DNA of 36,840 bases from a virus (Duplodnaviria; Caudoviricetes): positions 1 to 36,840 of IMG/VR virus record IMGVR_UViG_3300014656_006064; one strand, given 5' to 3'. This document shows positions 33,847-36,840 of the stretch, piece after piece; within the stretch, counting starts at the first letter, position 1, and each line of letters starts with the position of its first letter. The notes below the pieces were generated by a model. It was given only the letters and a program-made list of their open reading frames with translations. It ran no database searches and was not told the origin of the DNA. A program made the translations under genes and the position numbers.

Positions 33847-35265
33847 CTAGAGCTTCTTGAACTTGATGCCGTTCGCGTTCATGAAGCTACCCAAGGCGAT
33901 AAGCATTTCCTTGGTACACTCGACCTCGAACGTTCGCTTGAGTAGTTCTCCCGTCACGGGTTCTGCCGGGGCTCGCACAACCTCGAACGATACGTCTATA
34001 GGCGGCTCGTCTGCTTCCGGAGCCGAGGACGCCGGAGCCATGGGCGCCTGTACTGCTGGAACCGCCAATTCCACCCTAGCCTTGTCTATCGCCGCAAGGC
34101 GGGCTTCGTTGGCCTTGATCTTGTCCGCTTCGGCGAGGGCGCTATCTAGGTTGAGTGTATCGAGATAAAGCGCCCGTGCTTTCGGTTCGCCTACCCGGTC
34201 CAAGACTCCGAGGTCCGAGTTGACCTTCTCGATCTTCGCGGTAATCTCGACTTCTACGTCCTTGATTTTCGTACCCTTATTCAGCCAGGTGGGATTGAAT
34301 ATCTTGTCGAGTGGGAAGAGCTCGCACTTGGTCGACGAGAAGAACGTCTCGATGATCTTCTTCTTCTCGTCCTTCTCTCGCTGCTCGACCTCTTTCACCA
34401 CCCGATCGATAGCGCCGGAGACCTTGCCAATTTCGGATACGATTTCCTTCACTACGTCCTTGAATTCCATGAAGGGCTTGTTGAATTCCTTTTCGAGTTC
34501 GAGGCGCCTGGCGTCGATGGTCTTAGCCGCGTTGTTAAGCTCTGCCTTGGCCTTCTTCGCATCGGCGATATTGGTCTCGCTATAGTTCTCGGCCTTGTAG
34601 CCTTCCAGTTGCTTCTTGACCGTAGCGAGGATAACGCGGGCGTTGGTGGCGAGCTCTCCGGGGGTCTGGTTATAAACCACGAGGTCGAGCGTCGGGGCCT
34701 CGGGCGCTTCTTCGGCCAGCCAGTCCTTAGGAAGGACGCGGCCATTGCGATAAGCTGATATGATATCGTTCATTTGCGCGTCGTTCAGGATCTGAATCGG
34801 TACTCGCACATAGCTACCTGAATCGGGGGTCCAAAACACGTTAAGCTTGTTCATGCCGTCATACATTCGCCTATAGAGGTTTAGCTGAATCGTCCAGTAA
34901 AGAGGCTCCTTGGCGAAGATGGTCTTGATATCATCGAGTTCGTCGTCTGCTAGGATATCGCAAGTGCCTGCATACACGAGGCCGTCTATCTCTCCGAAGT
35001 CCGACCGCTCGGTGACATAGAGCGGAGGAAGCTGCCCTTTGATCCATTTCCCCTCAGGGGTAGCGAAGGTCCTGTTATCTACGTCGGCATGAATTAAGTT
35101 TCCGCGCTTTCGTGCTTTCTCTAGTACGTCTTTAGGAATGCCCGAGAGGTTTTTTCCCGTTACGGCGGAAGCGATCTGCGTTACGGAAGGAAGGATTGTC
35201 TCTGCGCCGGAATCGTCAACGAGCTTGTACTCGTGGACCTTATCGTTATAAGAGAGAGTTTTCAT
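33847..35265 (-). CDS. PD-(D/E)XK exonuclease fused to DUF1351 coiled-coil domain
   Basis: H.Y...PSVTQI, RGNLIH, YAGTCD..DIKT, QLNLY; then AKKAKAELN..ID.RR....EFNKPF..F and NPTWLNKG. Confidence 0.8.
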   Translation of the reverse strand: MKTLSYNDKVHEYKLVDDSGAETILPSVTQIASAVTGKNLSGIPKDVLEKARKRGNLIHADVDNRTFATPEGKWIKGQLPPLYVTERSDFGEIDGLVYAGTCDILADDELDDIKTIFAKEPLYWTIQLNLYRRMYDGMNKLNVFWTPDSGSYVRVPIQILNDAQMNDIISAYRNGRVLPKDWLAEEAPEAPTLDLVVYNQTPGELATNARVILATVKKQLEGYKAENYSETNIADAKKAKAELNNAAKTIDARRLELEKEFNKPFMEFKDVVKEIVSEIGKVSGAIDRVVKEVEQREKDEKKKIIETFFSSTKCELFPLDKIFNPTWLNKGTKIKDVEVEITAKIEKVNSDLGVLDRVGEPKARALYLDTLNLDSALAEADKIKANEARLAAIDKARVELAVPAVQAPMAPASSAPEADEPPIDVSFEVVRAPAEPVTGELLKRTFEVECTKEMLIALGSFMNANGIKFKKL

Positions 35266-36067
35266 TTTCCTTGTTCTCCTTTTCCTCGATGAGCTTCTTT
35301 ACTTCCATCCAGGTTCGTTGGCCGTTCTTTTCGAGCCATAAGGCGTTGGCGTTCTTGACTCTTTGGAGTAGAACGGCCAGGACTTGTATGTCCTTCTTCT
35401 CGGTACCGAGCTCTGCTTCGATTGTGTCGTGGGCGGATTCGGGTATGAATCCTTGCTCGTCATATTCCAAAAGCGCCTTGCATAGTTCATCAACCGATTC
35501 GGGAATCTCGATTACTACGTCCGCTCTTGCCGGCGTCGCGTCTGGTTCATTAGGGACGGCGGGCCTCATCTCCGGCTGTTCGATATCCTGCACCTCCTCC
35601 ACGGTGTACATTCTCGAGAGGCAGGCGGGGTATACTGCGCGAACGCCCTCAGCAATGGTACGAGCGGCAAGCATTTGAGCCGGGACTTTCTGCCACATAT
35701 TCGGGCTTCCGTCTCTGTTCTCCTTTTCCGTATAGCCCGCGGCCTTGGCGCGTTCTATGGTCCAGTCGATGACCACTTCCCCGCCCTGGGGATGGGTGAA
35801 TTTCGCGGATACCTTCTTGTCCGTTCGCTCTAGCCACTTAACCGACCCACCGGCTGACTGGAAGCGCGCAAGCGCAGAGCGACTATTGATTGCCGGCCGG
35901 CCTTTGATAACGTCGTATTCCATGGCCGCGATAGCAGGATGGATACCTTCAGCGTGGGCGATGAGCATGAGCGATAAAAGCTGCTCTTTGGTTTTTCCGA
36001 ACATACCCGAGCGGAACATGGTATCGGCCATCTGTCCCATTTCGGAAAACGGGATTAGCTCGTTCAT
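35246..36067 (-). CDS. RecT/Bet-like ssDNA annealing protein
   Basis: DVIKGRPAI, WTIERAKAAG, WQKVPAQMLAAR....VR..YP....MYTVEE; adjacent to exonuclease. Confidence 0.8.
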   Translation of the reverse strand: MNELIPFSEMGQMADTMFRSGMFGKTKEQLLSLMLIAHAEGIHPAIAAMEYDVIKGRPAINSRSALARFQSAGGSVKWLERTDKKVSAKFTHPQGGEVVIDWTIERAKAAGYTEKENRDGSPNMWQKVPAQMLAARTIAEGVRAVYPACLSRMYTVEEVQDIEQPEMRPAVPNEPDATPARADVVIEIPESVDELCKALLEYDEQGFIPESAHDTIEAELGTEKKDIQVLAVLLQRVKNANALWLEKNGQRTWMEVKKLIEEKENKENENSLL

Positions 36068-36103
36068 AAATCAGTCCTCCGATCGTGCTGCCGGCTTGGC
36101 CGG

Positions 36104-36304
36104 CTATGAATGCAGTTTATCGAGTGGGCGGTATGCCATACATGAGCGCTGATTCCCCGGAGCGCTCAGTAGGAACCGGCCGTCCTTCGGAAGCGATGAA
36201 TAGCGGGTACATCCGCGGCATAGCTCGCATCCGATTGCACCTGAGCATTGCGAGTCGTTATCGATTGGCGGCTCCTTGGTATGATAGACATACGGGGTTT
36301 TCAT
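36104..36304 (-). CDS. Small Cys-rich protein
   Basis: Start refined to ATG 36304 (ATGA overlap); C..GC..C..C.RY..C..Y. Confidence 0.6.
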   Translation of the reverse strand: MKTPYVYHTKEPPIDNDSQCSGAIGCELCRGCTRYSSLPKDGRFLLSAPGNQRSCMAYRPLDKLHS

Positions 36305-36519
36305 ACGATCGCTTCCTTTCTGGTTCTGGTTAGGTACTCGTCGAGGTCGGTACGCTTGAAGAGGAGGATCTTCGGTGCTGGCTTGGTCGCCGCAATGGCC
36401 TCGGCCGATGCGAGACCTCGAAGGTAGGACTCGGAGAGTCCGCAGTACTCCGAGGCTACGTCTGCGCGCATCCATTCGGGCCAGGGGCGAACGGGCTGAA
36501 CGGCGGATTTATTTGTCAT
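36301..36519 (-). CDS. Excisionase-like helix-turn-helix protein
   Basis: WMRADVASEYCGLSESYLR..I...K....LLFKRTDLDEYL; ATG 36519 with GGAG RBS. Confidence 0.8.
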   Translation of the reverse strand: MTNKSAVQPVRPWPEWMRADVASEYCGLSESYLRGLASAEAIAATKPAPKILLFKRTDLDEYLTRTRKEAIV

Positions 36520-36610
36520 CGCGCTCCGCCTGTTCACGCGTTTGAACGCTCACGGCCTCAGTTTCGAGGACCGATTCAGCCCATTTGGCGAGGGCTTCAA
36601 GGTCTATCAT
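36509..36610 (-). CDS. 33-aa ORF (MIDLEALAKWAESVLETEAVSVQTREQAERDDK)
   Basis: Manual translation; ATGA overlap with upstream stop. Confidence 0.45.
   Translation of the reverse strand: MIDLEALAKWAESVLETEAVSVQTREQAERDDK
36531..36548. promoter_or_regulatory. Palindromic site (copy 3) just upstream of xis-like RBS
   Basis: TGTTCA CGCGTT TGAACG. Confidence 0.5.
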
Positions 36611-36840
36611 ACCGATACCCCGCTCGCGGCCCGGATCATTTCGGCTCTAGTCTGCAGGGACTCTATGACTTCCTTGAAGAGCGCTTTCCCTTGATCGTTT
36701 AGAAGGTCGACGAACTGAGGGAAGTAGCTGGCCTGGGCTTTCTCGAAGTCCTCATCGTTGGACGTAACTTCATTGATGAGCGATATGACCGCCTCGATGG
36801 CGAATTCCATCGTCTCGCGCTCGGGGGTCTTTTCGATCAT
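36607..36840 (-). CDS. Hypothetical protein, probably 5'-truncated by window
   Basis: ORF begins at the window edge. Confidence 0.55.
   Translation of the reverse strand: MIEKTPERETMEFAIEAVISLINEVTSNDEDFEKAQASYFPQFVDLLNDQGKALFKEVIESLQTRAEMIRAASGVSV

Noticed and set aside
1-36840. Host assignment (impression of a spirochaete-type diderm host)
   Set aside because: Only a lipoprotein, a spanin-like gene and general resemblance support it; no host genes in the window

Overview
A 36.8-kb stretch of a GC-rich tailed phage or prophage, with essentially all genes on the minus strand. Read from the right end it runs: early and recombination genes (excisionase-like HTH, RecT-like annealase, nuclease-DUF1351 fusion, NinB-like, Tad2/DUF2829), a structured non-coding region, a replisome organiser, a C5 methyltransferase, NinG, and terminase. 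It then continues into a BPP-1/epsilon15/T7-type podovirus head-tail module (portal, scaffold, capsid, cement, tail tubular A/B, three ejection proteins including a 2767-aa polyvalent protein, tail fibre) and a lysis cassette with an M23 endolysin. No integrase, polymerase, RT or CRISPR was seen. Most notable observations: (1) a complete sigma70 promoter, ~75-nt hairpin RNA and terminator written antisense inside the polyvalent gene, at the end of a putative toxin module; (2) effector modules of that protein each bounded by an LFQ motif; (3) three anticodon-less tRNA-like elements, two with G3.U70 and one abutting a start codon; (4) a large terminase split into ATPase and nuclease genes around a yopX insert; (5) a methyltransferase with a nested second-frame subunit gene; (6) an unusual tRNA-Met and a mini-scaffold ORF in the head module. 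Family calls come from motif recognition only; no searches were run.
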